The translations under genes and the position numbers were made by a program. From Flavobacteriales bacterium (GTDB lineage Bacteria > Bacteroidota > Bacteroidia > Palsa-965), in contig JBEIPA010000039.1 in NCBI GenBank assembly GCA_040377305.1, positions 1-40,237 on the forward strand: a DNA stretch of 40,237 nucleotides, read 5' to 3'. How positions within the stretch are numbered: position 1 is the first letter of the stretch; every line of letters starts with the position of its first letter. Positions 18,583-26,445 of the stretch are shown here, piece after piece. The notes under the pieces are model-generated. The model was not told where the DNA came from, did not search any database, and worked only from the letters and a program-made list of their open reading frames with translations.

Positions 18583-18861
18583 ATGGCAGAAGGATTTCCA
18601 GATCCGTTCAGTGAGGCAGTTGTTGAAGAAGTGAAAGGACTAATCGCTGCCGGCGACGTGCATAACCTGACCATAGCACTGGACGCACAAATCAATTCCG
18701 TACATGTGCCTGAGTGGTACCAATCACATCGAATTTCGCGCATCTATGGCGTTCTATTGGAACTGCAATTGCACATTTCCGATAGAAGTGCTCAGCAGAA
18801 AGTCACGGCTTTAATGAAGCACATGAGAGAGAAATACGAAGATCGCCTGATCATAGAATAA
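18583..18861 (+). CDS. Small helical hypothetical protein ('PEW' family, copy 2)
   Basis: 92-aa ORF with its own promoter; gapless alignment to 13799..14092. Confidence 0.7.
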   Translation: MAEGFPDPFSEAVVEEVKGLIAAGDVHNLTIALDAQINSVHVPEWYQSHRISRIYGVLLELQLHISDRSAQQKVTALMKHMREKYEDRLIIE

Positions 18862-18979
18862 CTCTACTGGAGGTTGTTGAGTCTAGGGGTCTGATATTGC
18901 AAATCGTCGTCGAAGACTCTCAACCTCCATACTCCTTCAGAGGCTGATGTACCCTAAAATAGATCAGGCGCCGCGTGCT

Positions 18980-19026
18980 TTCTAATTTCATTCTAATCAG
19001 TTGAAGAGTCCCTCCTATTAATTTTA
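18980..19026 (+). promoter_or_regulatory. TTCTAA-N5-TTCTAA direct repeat and promoter with no downstream CDS
   Basis: TTCTAA 18980-85, TTCTAA 18991-96, 22-bp gap, TAATTTTA 19019-26. Confidence 0.6.
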
Positions 19027-19032
19027 TGATTC

Positions 19033-19185
19033 GGTGTAGCCGCCAAGAAAGGGAGACTTCATTGCTGAGACTATGGTGTTTGCTTTCTTTCAAACTGGTT
19101 AAAACTTTGGCGGCGACTACTTTACCCGTGAAGTAGGTTAGGACAAATTTCGGGATAGCGTTGCGGCATAAACCGCAACGCTTTT
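19033..19185 (+). ncRNA. Candidate ~150-nt structured small RNA
   Basis: Own promoter and terminator; nested stems GCCGCCAA/TTGGCGGC (19039-46/19107-14) and GAAAGGGAG/CTTTCTTTC (19047-55/19083-91); no convincing ORF. Confidence 0.55.
19157..19185 (+). terminator. Intrinsic terminator
   Basis: AGCGTTGCGG-CATAAA-CCGCAACGCT followed by TTT. Confidence 0.7.
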
Positions 19186-19230
19186 CTAACACTTTTCAAA
19201 TAACAACCGGGAGAATCAATACTCGCTTTG
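19184..19230 (+). promoter_or_regulatory. TTCTAA-N5-TTCAAA repeat and promoter upstream of the response regulator (possible autoregulation)
   Basis: TTCTAA 19184-89, TTCAAA 19195-200, 22-bp gap, TCGCTTTG 19223-30; a second -7 element TAAATTTG lies at 19257-64. Confidence 0.55.
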
Positions 19231-19269
19231 AAGGTGTATCAGACACTCTCAAACCGTAAATTTGTTGTG

Positions 19270-19953
19270 ATGCTGCAGAGACTATTAATCATTGAAGACG
19301 AAGTTAAAACAGCCCGCTCAGTAAAACAGGGTCTGGAAGAACACAATTACCATGTCGAAGTTGCGTACGATGGAACCGCAGGAAGTAAAATGGCCTTACG
19401 AGGGAATTACGATCTTATCATTAGCGATATAGTACTGCCGGGAATAAGTGGAATAGAAATTTGCAAACAACTTCGACTTGCGCATATTCAAACGCCAGTG
19501 TTAATGCTAACCGCATTGGGCACGATTGCAGACAAGATTGAAGGTTTCGATTCGGGTGCTGATGATTATCTGCCAAAGCCATTTGAATTCCAGGAACTGC
19601 TTGCACGAATCAAAGCGCTCTTGAAACGAAATCCGCAAATTGTAACACCTGCTCACGTGTTGCATATCGCCGATCTCTCGCTCAATATGGAAACGAAGAA
19701 AGCACTGAGAGCAGGAATAGAAATTGATCTGACCGCAAAAGAATTCGCACTCCTTGAGTATTTTATACTTAACAAGAATCGTGTTTTGTCAAAAGTCGAA
19801 ATTGCCGATCATGTTTGGGGAATTGATTTCGATACCGGAACAAATGTGATCGAAGTGTATGTGAACTATTTGCGCAAGAAGATCGACCGCGATTTCGAGC
19901 ACAAGCTGATTCACACCCAATTCGGTATGGGATACATCATGAAAGAGAAGTAA
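19270..19953 (+). CDS. OmpR/PhoB-family response regulator (CusR/CzcR/ArlR-like)
   Basis: LLIIEDE, DIVLPGISG, GADDYLPKPF, LTAKEFALLEY, TNVIEVYVNYLRKKID, LIHTQFGMGY; ATG 19270. Confidence 0.92.
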   Translation: MLQRLLIIEDEVKTARSVKQGLEEHNYHVEVAYDGTAGSKMALRGNYDLIISDIVLPGISGIEICKQLRLAHIQTPVLMLTALGTIADKIEGFDSGADDYLPKPFEFQELLARIKALLKRNPQIVTPAHVLHIADLSLNMETKKALRAGIEIDLTAKEFALLEYFILNKNRVLSKVEIADHVWGIDFDTGTNVIEVYVNYLRKKIDRDFEHKLIHTQFGMGYIMKEK

Positions 19954-21326
19954 TGAGAATCAGAACACGACTTACGCTGCAGTTCGTTGGTATCGTTGCG
20001 ATCATTGTGTTCGCCTCTCACCTTGCTATTTATTATCTGTCCGCGCAGTACCGCGAGAATCAGTTTTTCGACCGGCTTCGCGACAAGGCCAGCACTACTG
20101 CAGAACTTTTGATAAAGGTTGACGCTGTAAGTGCCGAACTTCTAAAAATCATTGATGAGAATAAGAAAGATCTTCTGTATGAAGAAAATATCACGGTCTA
20201 CAATTACCTGAACGAAATTCTTTATACCAACAACGACGCGAAAGATTTCGGTGCTTCTACAGAATTTCTGGATAAGATTCGCCTCGATGGTGAACAACGG
20301 GTAGTGGAAGGAGATCTCGAGTTGATAGGAATACAATACATAGACGATTACAATCGGTTCGTAGTCACAGCCAGCGCCATCGATAAATTTGGACGGCAGA
20401 AACTTCACAATCTCCGAAATGTCCTCATTGGTTCATTCCTGTTAATCCTTTTGATTGTTGCTGTTTCAGGGTGGATATACGCCGGTAGAGCGTTGCGCCC
20501 AATCAGCAATATTGTAAACAAAGTAAACACCATATCAGCAACTAATCTCAGTACGAGACTAGACGAGGGGAACAAGACCGATGAGATTGCCCTGTTGTCG
20601 GCCACATTCAATGAAATGCTGAATCGAATTGAAACCACTTTTCAGCTTCAACGAACATTTGTCGCCAATGCGTCGCATGAACTGAAGAACCCCTTGACAA
20701 TTATCACATCGCAAGTGGAAGTAATTCTATTGCGTGAGCGTACGCCCGACGAGTATCGGTTAACGTTGAGCTCAGTTTTAGAAGACATTCGCAGACTTAA
20801 TCAGATTTCGCTTCGATTGCTGGACCTTGCGCGATTGAGCGCAGAAGAAACAAAAATTGAGCTGAAACCTTTACGCGTAGATGAACTCATCTGGAAGTGT
20901 AAAGAGGAATTGTTGGAAAAACATCCCGACTACAAAGTGGTTTTCTCTCCGCAGCTACCGGAAGAAGAACGGCAGTTGATCATTCTTGCTAATGAAGATC
21001 TATTGTCCACTGCATTTCTAAATCTTATGGACAATGCCTGCAAGTTTAGCGACGATCATGAAGTGACGATTCATCTTGAATCCCGCGGTAGCCGAAGTAT
21101 TATTAGTTTTCGGGATAAAGGTTTTGGAATCAGCGAAAATGATTTGCCCAATATCTTTCAGCCATTCTATCGCAGCAGTAATGTACTCTCTGTTGCAGGA
21201 CATGGAATTGGTCTGTCACTCGTGGAGAAAATCATGAAATTCCATAAAGCCACAATAGAAGTTAGCAGCCGGATTAATAATGGAAGCTCATTTACTATCA
21301 CAATTCCTGCGGCTTCAATACTCTAA
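19953..21326 (+). CDS. HAMP-containing sensor histidine kinase, cognate to the upstream regulator
   Basis: Two TM helices, HAMP DEIALLSATFNEML, FVANASHELKNPL, NLMDNACKFS, DKGFGI, GHGIGLSLV; TAATG overlap. Confidence 0.92.
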   Translation: MRIRTRLTLQFVGIVAIIVFASHLAIYYLSAQYRENQFFDRLRDKASTTAELLIKVDAVSAELLKIIDENKKDLLYEENITVYNYLNEILYTNNDAKDFGASTEFLDKIRLDGEQRVVEGDLELIGIQYIDDYNRFVVTASAIDKFGRQKLHNLRNVLIGSFLLILLIVAVSGWIYAGRALRPISNIVNKVNTISATNLSTRLDEGNKTDEIALLSATFNEMLNRIETTFQLQRTFVANASHELKNPLTIITSQVEVILLRERTPDEYRLTLSSVLEDIRRLNQISLRLLDLARLSAEETKIELKPLRVDELIWKCKEELLEKHPDYKVVFSPQLPEEERQLIILANEDLLSTAFLNLMDNACKFSDDHEVTIHLESRGSRSIISFRDKGFGISENDLPNIFQPFYRSSNVLSVAGHGIGLSLVEKIMKFHKATIEVSSRINNGSSFTITIPAASIL

Positions 21327-21378
21327 GGAGTTTATAACGCGCTTCTAAGCATCTTCTAATACGCTAATCTTAGCTTTG
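21321..21378 (+). promoter_or_regulatory. Four 11-bp-period TTCTAA-like repeats and promoter
   Basis: CTCTAA 21321, TTATAA 21332, TTCTAA 21343, TTCTAA 21354; TAGCTTTG 21371-78 (22 bp after the third repeat). Confidence 0.7.
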
Positions 21379-21403
21379 GATCGTAGACGATTTGAATTTA
21401 TAA

Positions 21404-21475
21404 ATGCGATTATGTGATTACCAGTTCACAAATAAAAATGAACTAACAGAACTGCGGTGCATTGAGTTGGTGTAA
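21404..21475 (+). CDS. Candidate 23-aa peptide MRLCDYQFTNKNELTELRCIELV (or an sRNA carrying this ORF)
   Basis: ATG after A/T-rich tttgaatttataa, enclosed by its own promoter and terminator. Confidence 0.35.
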   Translation: MRLCDYQFTNKNELTELRCIELV

Positions 21476-21495
21476 GGTTAATTGATGCCCGTCAG

Positions 21496-21526
21496 AGAGC
21501 GAATCATCCCGATTCGCTCTTTTTTT
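21496..21526 (+). terminator. Intrinsic terminator
   Basis: AGAGCGAATC-ATCCC-GATTCGCTCT followed by TTTTTT. Confidence 0.8.
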
Positions 21527-21563
21527 CTTAATATTTCACTGTACCTTTGACTCAATTTCACTT

Positions 21564-22826
21564 ATGACAATTGCACTCGTAATAATATTCGTCCTGGGTT
21601 ATATCGCCATCACAATGGAGCATGGCATAAAACTGAATAAAGCAGCCTCTGCTTTGTTATTGGGTGGGCTTTGCTGGACGGTATTGATGGTGGGAAGTTC
21701 AGACTCACATAAAGTACTGGAAGATCTGCAACATCATCTCGGCGAAATTTCCGGCATTCTGTTTTTCCTCTTAGGAGCCATGGTCGTTGTTGAGTTGATC
21801 GATGCCCACCAGGGTTTTGAAATTATTACTGCGCGACTCAAAACAAGAAAAGCCTCTACGCTACTTGTAATCGTAGCTGTATTGACCTTCTTCTTATCAG
21901 CGATTCTCGATAACCTTACCACTACTATTGTAATGGTTTCGCTTTTAGGTAAGTTGATTGTCGATTCTTCGATGCGACTAAAGTATATTGGACTTGTCAT
22001 AATTGCTGCAAACGCAGGAGGTGCATGGTCTCCGATGGGAGATGTGACCACAACCATGTTATGGATAGGAGGACAAATTTCTGCTTCCTCAATCATGAAA
22101 GCGCTGATCATTCCGAGTCTCGTATGTATGCTTGTGCCCTTGATGGTCATGTACTTTCAGATGCGAAAACGCCAATTGTTACCAATCGAGAATGACACTG
22201 AGTCGCGATCAAGCCCACGCGACCGCAATATTATTTTCTTCACCGGAATCGGTGTGCTGGTGTGCGTTCCGGTTTTCAAAGCACTCACCCATCTTCCACC
22301 CTTCATGGGAATGATGATTGGCTTAGGAATAGTTTGGGTTGTCTCGGAAATTGTCCATAAAGACAAAGACGCTGAGGATAAAAAACAATTCTCAGTTGCG
22401 CATGCACTAGGGAAAGTGGATACTCCAAGTGTATTGTTCTTCCTTGGGATATTGCTCGGGGTTTCGGCGCTGCAATCGGCTGGCATATTAACGGATATTG
22501 CAACCTGGCTCAACGGTTCAGTGGGAAATATGGCGATCATAATTCTGATCATCGGATTACTTTCTGCGCTCGTAGATAACGTGCCCTTAGTTGCTGCTGC
22601 GATGGGCATGTATGCAATGGATCAATATCCGCAGGACGATTTCCTCTGGACATTTCTCGCATTCTCTGCCGGCACCGGTGGAAGTGCGCTGATCATTGGT
22701 TCGGCTGCAGGAGTTGCCGCAATGGGAATGGAGAAAATTTCGTTCGGCTGGTACCTGAAGAACATGAGCTGGCTGGCGTTGCTGGGATATTTCGCTGGTG
22801 CGGGAGTATTTTTGCTGCTCAATTAA
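21564..22826 (+). CDS. nhaD: NhaD-type Na+/H+ antiporter
   Basis: FFLSAILDNLTTTIV, AANAGGAWSPMGDVTTTMLW, SALVDNVPLVA, GTGGSALIIGSAAGV; own promoter TACCTTTG 21542-49. Confidence 0.92.
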   Translation: MTIALVIIFVLGYIAITMEHGIKLNKAASALLLGGLCWTVLMVGSSDSHKVLEDLQHHLGEISGILFFLLGAMVVVELIDAHQGFEIITARLKTRKASTLLVIVAVLTFFLSAILDNLTTTIVMVSLLGKLIVDSSMRLKYIGLVIIAANAGGAWSPMGDVTTTMLWIGGQISASSIMKALIIPSLVCMLVPLMVMYFQMRKRQLLPIENDTESRSSPRDRNIIFFTGIGVLVCVPVFKALTHLPPFMGMMIGLGIVWVVSEIVHKDKDAEDKKQFSVAHALGKVDTPSVLFFLGILLGVSALQSAGILTDIATWLNGSVGNMAIIILIIGLLSALVDNVPLVAAAMGMYAMDQYPQDDFLWTFLAFSAGTGGSALIIGSAAGVAAMGMEKISFGWYLKNMSWLALLGYFAGAGVFLLLN

Positions 22827-22830
22827 AACG

Positions 22831-22858
22831 AAAAGCAGCGGGGATGTTCGCTGCTTTT
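22831..22858. terminator. Bidirectional terminator between convergent nhaD and the lipoprotein gene
   Basis: AAAAGCAGCG-GGGATGTT-CGCTGCTTTT. Confidence 0.75.
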
Positions 22859-22883
22859 CAGTTCAAAATATTAATTCCAATAA

Positions 22884-23378
22884 TTAGTCCTCTTTATAAA
22901 ATGTCTTCTCGTCGTCTTTGTTGTAAAAGAAACTGAGTTCCATATTCTTTTTGATAAATGCTTTGAACTCTTCCGATGTCGTGAAGTCCTCAGTAACGTT
23001 GTCAGTCACCGCTTTGAATTTTATACGATCCTCACTCTTTTTGTCCATCCGGTAAATCATATACTCACGATCCGAAGAATAATCCTGCTCGTAGATATTC
23101 AGAAACGGTGAACCTCCGACTTCCGTCAACCAGCCAATGTATATAGTTGGTTCATCATCTGCATCGTCGACACTTTTCTTCTCAATGCGATACTGATTGC
23201 CATCCAACTGACATTTCCAGATATAATCATCTGAGCTTTTCTCTTCCCATTTTCCTACCAGCGATTTGTCGGGTTTAGATTTTTCCGCAGTATCCAACGG
23301 AATTTTTGATTCATACGGACAACCCATGAACAACAAGCTCACAGCGGTCAAACAAAAAAGTGCAACGGGTGCTTTCAT
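22884..23378 (-). CDS. Hypothetical lipoprotein (paralog 2 of 2)
   Basis: Lipobox FMG-C; about 84% identical to 9807..10301. Confidence 0.85.
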   Translation of the reverse strand: MKAPVALFCLTAVSLLFMGCPYESKIPLDTAEKSKPDKSLVGKWEEKSSDDYIWKCQLDGNQYRIEKKSVDDADDEPTIYIGWLTEVGGSPFLNIYEQDYSSDREYMIYRMDKKSEDRIKFKAVTDNVTEDFTTSEEFKAFIKKNMELSFFYNKDDEKTFYKED

Positions 23379-23413
23379 TCCTCTTGTTTTAATTAATAAT
23401 AATGCGACTCTTT

Positions 23414-23460
23414 CAAATTTAAAGCCAGAAGGACGAGTGGATATTAGAATTTGCTTAGAG
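23414..23460 (-). promoter_or_regulatory. CTCTAA-N5-TTCTAA repeat and promoter of lipoprotein paralog 2
   Basis: Plus-strand TTAGAG 23455-60, TTAGAA 23444-49, 22-bp gap, CAAATTTA 23414-21 (TAAATTTG on minus). Confidence 0.7.
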
Positions 23461-23495
23461 TATTAAGAACTCCTTTTCGCGGGAATGAATGCAAT

Positions 23496-25748
23496 TCAAC
23501 TTTCTTTGGGTGCCAAATCCGAATCTCCCATTGATGATATGAGAACTTCTTCTCCCGCGATCCAAAGAATATCGCCATTCGCAAATACCATGCTGGACTC
23601 CGGGTTTAACAGACGTGTCCCTTCCCGCTCTACCCCAACTATCATACAGTGTGTTCGTTCCCTGATTCCTGATTCTCTGATCGTTTTACCAATAAGTGAA
23701 GAGTTCTGCTGGACAACAAAGCGTTGCACCACAACCTCATTGCTTGACACTTTGTCGGGAATCTGTACTACCGAATTTTCAAGAACGGATTTGAAACGTG
23801 CGAGCTGTTCATCGGTACCAATCACGGATATACGATCCCCAGGATAAAGTTGTTCCTCTTTATTCGGTATGTGAATGGTGATCCTTCCCCGATCAATTCT
23901 TGCAATGTTAACACCGAACTCTTCTCTGAATTTTAGTTCCAATAAATTCTTACCCACGAAAACTGATTCCTGGCTGATGTCAAACTCTGCAACGTGAGCA
24001 TTCCATTGTAGCGAATCTATAATCATCTTCTTCGTAAGCTGTTCATCACGCGCATTCAGATTTGAAATAAATCTTTTTTCCAGAAGTGAATAAAACACCT
24101 GCAGGTGCTTCCGGAAAACAGTAATGATGAGCACTGTCACACCGATTGCAACGACCAATGCAACTACCGATGAAAACAACTGATTGAACATAAATCCAAT
24201 CAGGAGAACCGCAATAACCATTCGTGACATTTCGAGTGCAATGAGCGGCACCCTGTTGGTCTTACGGTTCAGCCATAACACGTGAACAGCAGATCGTGTA
24301 AACTGCTTCAAAGTGAGTCCCAATAAAAATGGAACAGACACCAACAGTGTAATGAGCCCTGTTAAAATATTTGCCCCCTGAACACTTGATAACTTTGTAA
24401 TCATGTAAGGTGCCAAATAACGCGACGAGATGATAGTCAGACCGATTACAATTAAAGAGTTGAGTGTTAGCACCAGCGCATAAGAACGCAAAACCGTTCT
24501 CCATTCACCAACGTTACGGATGGTCTGAACATTGGAACTATAACTACTTATACTGAGGAGCAACTTTGTAGGGAGTGCTTTCTCAAGAATGCCGTAGGCT
24601 TTTTCGGAAAATCGGACCATATACGGTGTCGTGAATGCTGTACAAACAGATACAGCCACTGCAATTGGATAGAGGAATTCACTCGTCACTTTCAGTGTAA
24701 GTCCCAACGTAGCAATAATGAAAGAGAACTCGCCAATCTGTGAAAGACTCATACCCGTTTGTACAGAAACCTTAAGTGTTTGACCAGAGATGAGCGAACC
24801 AAGCAGAACAAATAACGGTTTACCAATAAGCAATACGAGCGTAGCACCGAGAATCGGAAGCGCATGTGTCACCAACATTTGAGGATCAATGAGCATGCCC
24901 ACCGAAACAAAAAATATGGCTCCAAAAAGATTTCTCACAGGTTTGATCACGTGTTCAATTTTCTCTGCTTTTGTTGTTTCCGCCAGTATAGAACCCATGA
25001 TAAACGCACCCAGTGCAGAGGAGAAACCTGCATACGTTGCCAGAATGACCATCAGAAAGCACAAGGCCAATGAAACGATGAGCAGCGTTTCATCATTCAT
25101 CCATGCGCGCACCTTTTTTAATAAGGACGGCAGGAAAAAGATTCCGGAAGTGAACCACAGCACAAGGAAAAAAGCCAGCTTCAAAACGGATTGAAGCATA
25201 GCAACACCTTCAAATGTTCTGCTGATTGCCACCGTCGACAAAACCACCATGAGCACAACAGCAACTAAATCTTCGATCACCAGAACGCCCGTAACCAGAC
25301 TTGTAAATTTTTGACTGCGAATTCCGAGTTCATCAAACGTTCTGATAATAATTGATGTTGATGCGATTGAAAGCAAGCCACCGAGGAATAAACAATCCAT
25401 GTTATTCCAACCCAACATCCGGCCTAAACAATAACCCAATAACATGGTTAGAGTTACCCCGGTCAACGCGGTGATTAGTGCAGATCCGCCTACCTTGATG
25501 AGTTTCTTGAAACTGAACTCGAGGCCAAGACTGAACAATAAAAATATTACACCGATGTCGGCCCATGTTCTGATACCATCGAATTCAACGATTGTAGGAA
25601 ACAAATGAAAATTGGGTCCCACAAAAAATCCAGCAATGATGTAGCCAAGAACAATGGGCTGCTTCAGTTTCTTAAAAATCAATGTGACTACTGCAGCTGC
25701 ACCCAGAATAAGCGCGAGGTCAATGATTAAGTCTGGAAGATGAAGCAT
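23496..25748 (-). CDS. CPA2-family cation:proton antiporter with two C-terminal RCK_C (TrkA-C) domains
   Basis: LKQPIVLGYIIAG, GVIFLLFSLGLEFS, VIEDL, ALGAFIMG, LSQIGEFSFII; RCK_C SVFVGKNLLELKFREEFGVNI and SLIGKTIRESGIRE; ATG 25748. Confidence 0.92.
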   Translation of the reverse strand: MLHLPDLIIDLALILGAAAVVTLIFKKLKQPIVLGYIIAGFFVGPNFHLFPTIVEFDGIRTWADIGVIFLLFSLGLEFSFKKLIKVGGSALITALTGVTLTMLLGYCLGRMLGWNNMDCLFLGGLLSIASTSIIIRTFDELGIRSQKFTSLVTGVLVIEDLVAVVLMVVLSTVAISRTFEGVAMLQSVLKLAFFLVLWFTSGIFFLPSLLKKVRAWMNDETLLIVSLALCFLMVILATYAGFSSALGAFIMGSILAETTKAEKIEHVIKPVRNLFGAIFFVSVGMLIDPQMLVTHALPILGATLVLLIGKPLFVLLGSLISGQTLKVSVQTGMSLSQIGEFSFIIATLGLTLKVTSEFLYPIAVAVSVCTAFTTPYMVRFSEKAYGILEKALPTKLLLSISSYSSNVQTIRNVGEWRTVLRSYALVLTLNSLIVIGLTIISSRYLAPYMITKLSSVQGANILTGLITLLVSVPFLLGLTLKQFTRSAVHVLWLNRKTNRVPLIALEMSRMVIAVLLIGFMFNQLFSSVVALVVAIGVTVLIITVFRKHLQVFYSLLEKRFISNLNARDEQLTKKMIIDSLQWNAHVAEFDISQESVFVGKNLLELKFREEFGVNIARIDRGRITIHIPNKEEQLYPGDRISVIGTDEQLARFKSVLENSVVQIPDKVSSNEVVVQRFVVQQNSSLIGKTIRESGIRERTHCMIVGVEREGTRLLNPESSMVFANGDILWIAGEEVLISSMGDSDLAPKES

Positions 25749-25910
25749 GGATTGATCAATTAAAAAGTGAACTACTTCGTTAATGTTATTCGACTTCAAA
25801 ACAAGGGCAAATAGGCTGCCTTAGTTACAGAAGTATATAGAAACTTGCCTGCACTGTTCCCAGAATTACAGAAACATGACACAGGCAAGTTTTTTTTTAA
25901 AAAAAAGAAT

Positions 25911-26027
25911 TTACCCAATTGCAAATTTAATTCCGGCAAGAATGGCAATTACTGCCAGCATCATGAGTATAATAAATCCAAATCCGCCCGAAGGTTCCTT
26001 CGGCGATTGATTGTCTGCAGGTTTCAT
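25911..26027 (-). CDS. Unannotated 38-aa single-TM protein MKPADNQSPKEPSGGFGFIILMMLAVIAILAGIKFAIG
   Basis: Clean ATG..TAA ORF below the track cutoff; polar N-terminus and ~20-aa hydrophobic helix; lies between two co-oriented genes. Confidence 0.65.
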   Translation of the reverse strand: MKPADNQSPKEPSGGFGFIILMMLAVIAILAGIKFAIG

Positions 26028-26103
26028 AGATCATCGTTTTTAGTAATCAGCTTCTCCCATTTCACACAGGAGACAATTAGAAATTTTTTACGTCAAAAAA
26101 ATC

Positions 26104-26445
26104 TCAAATCAGCAAACTTCTGAAAACAATGTAAGCGGGGAATCTTTGTGCAGGGAACCACAATGCAGAATTAATACTGTGGTGCATTCTCTGCAGAGAT
26201 GCGTGAGCAACGTTGTATTGCAAGTAACTGTATTGTCTTGACTCCTGCGGAAGCTTAACTCCATCGCAAACGACTTTGATCGGTGTTATAAGAATTCCAT
26301 CGCCTTGCATAGAATGCACGACGGTCAATATCTCACTGCGAGTTTCAGTAGGCTTTTCAATGCCTCCGCTATCGCCATGCGTCCAATAAGCAACCGGAGC
26401 GCCGAGCAACACAATGAAGAATAGAATAAACCCACGCATTTTCAT
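26104..26445 (-). CDS. Hypothetical protein with N-terminal signal/TM and C-terminal ...YIVFRSLLI
   Basis: MKMRGFILFFIVLLG start; C-terminus resembles that of the HYC_CC_PP protein in this window. Confidence 0.55.
   Translation of the reverse strand: MKMRGFILFFIVLLGAPVAYWTHGDSGGIEKPTETRSEILTVVHSMQGDGILITPIKVVCDGVKLPQESRQYSYLQYNVAHASLQRMHHSINSALWFPAQRFPAYIVFRSLLI

Noticed and set aside
19062-19135. GCTGAGA...ACCCGTGAA resembling a TPP riboswitch
   Set aside because: The required CCTGAT...TAAT...GCGNAGG half is absent, the spacing is wrong and no thiamine gene follows.
18920-19192. 90-aa minus-strand ORF
   Set aside because: GTG start, atypical composition, and antisense to the promoter-sRNA-terminator unit on the plus strand.
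26077-26093. Single TTCTAA (minus) upstream of the 38-aa ORF as another regulon site
   Set aside because: The second half-site is poor and there is no -7 element 22 bp downstream.
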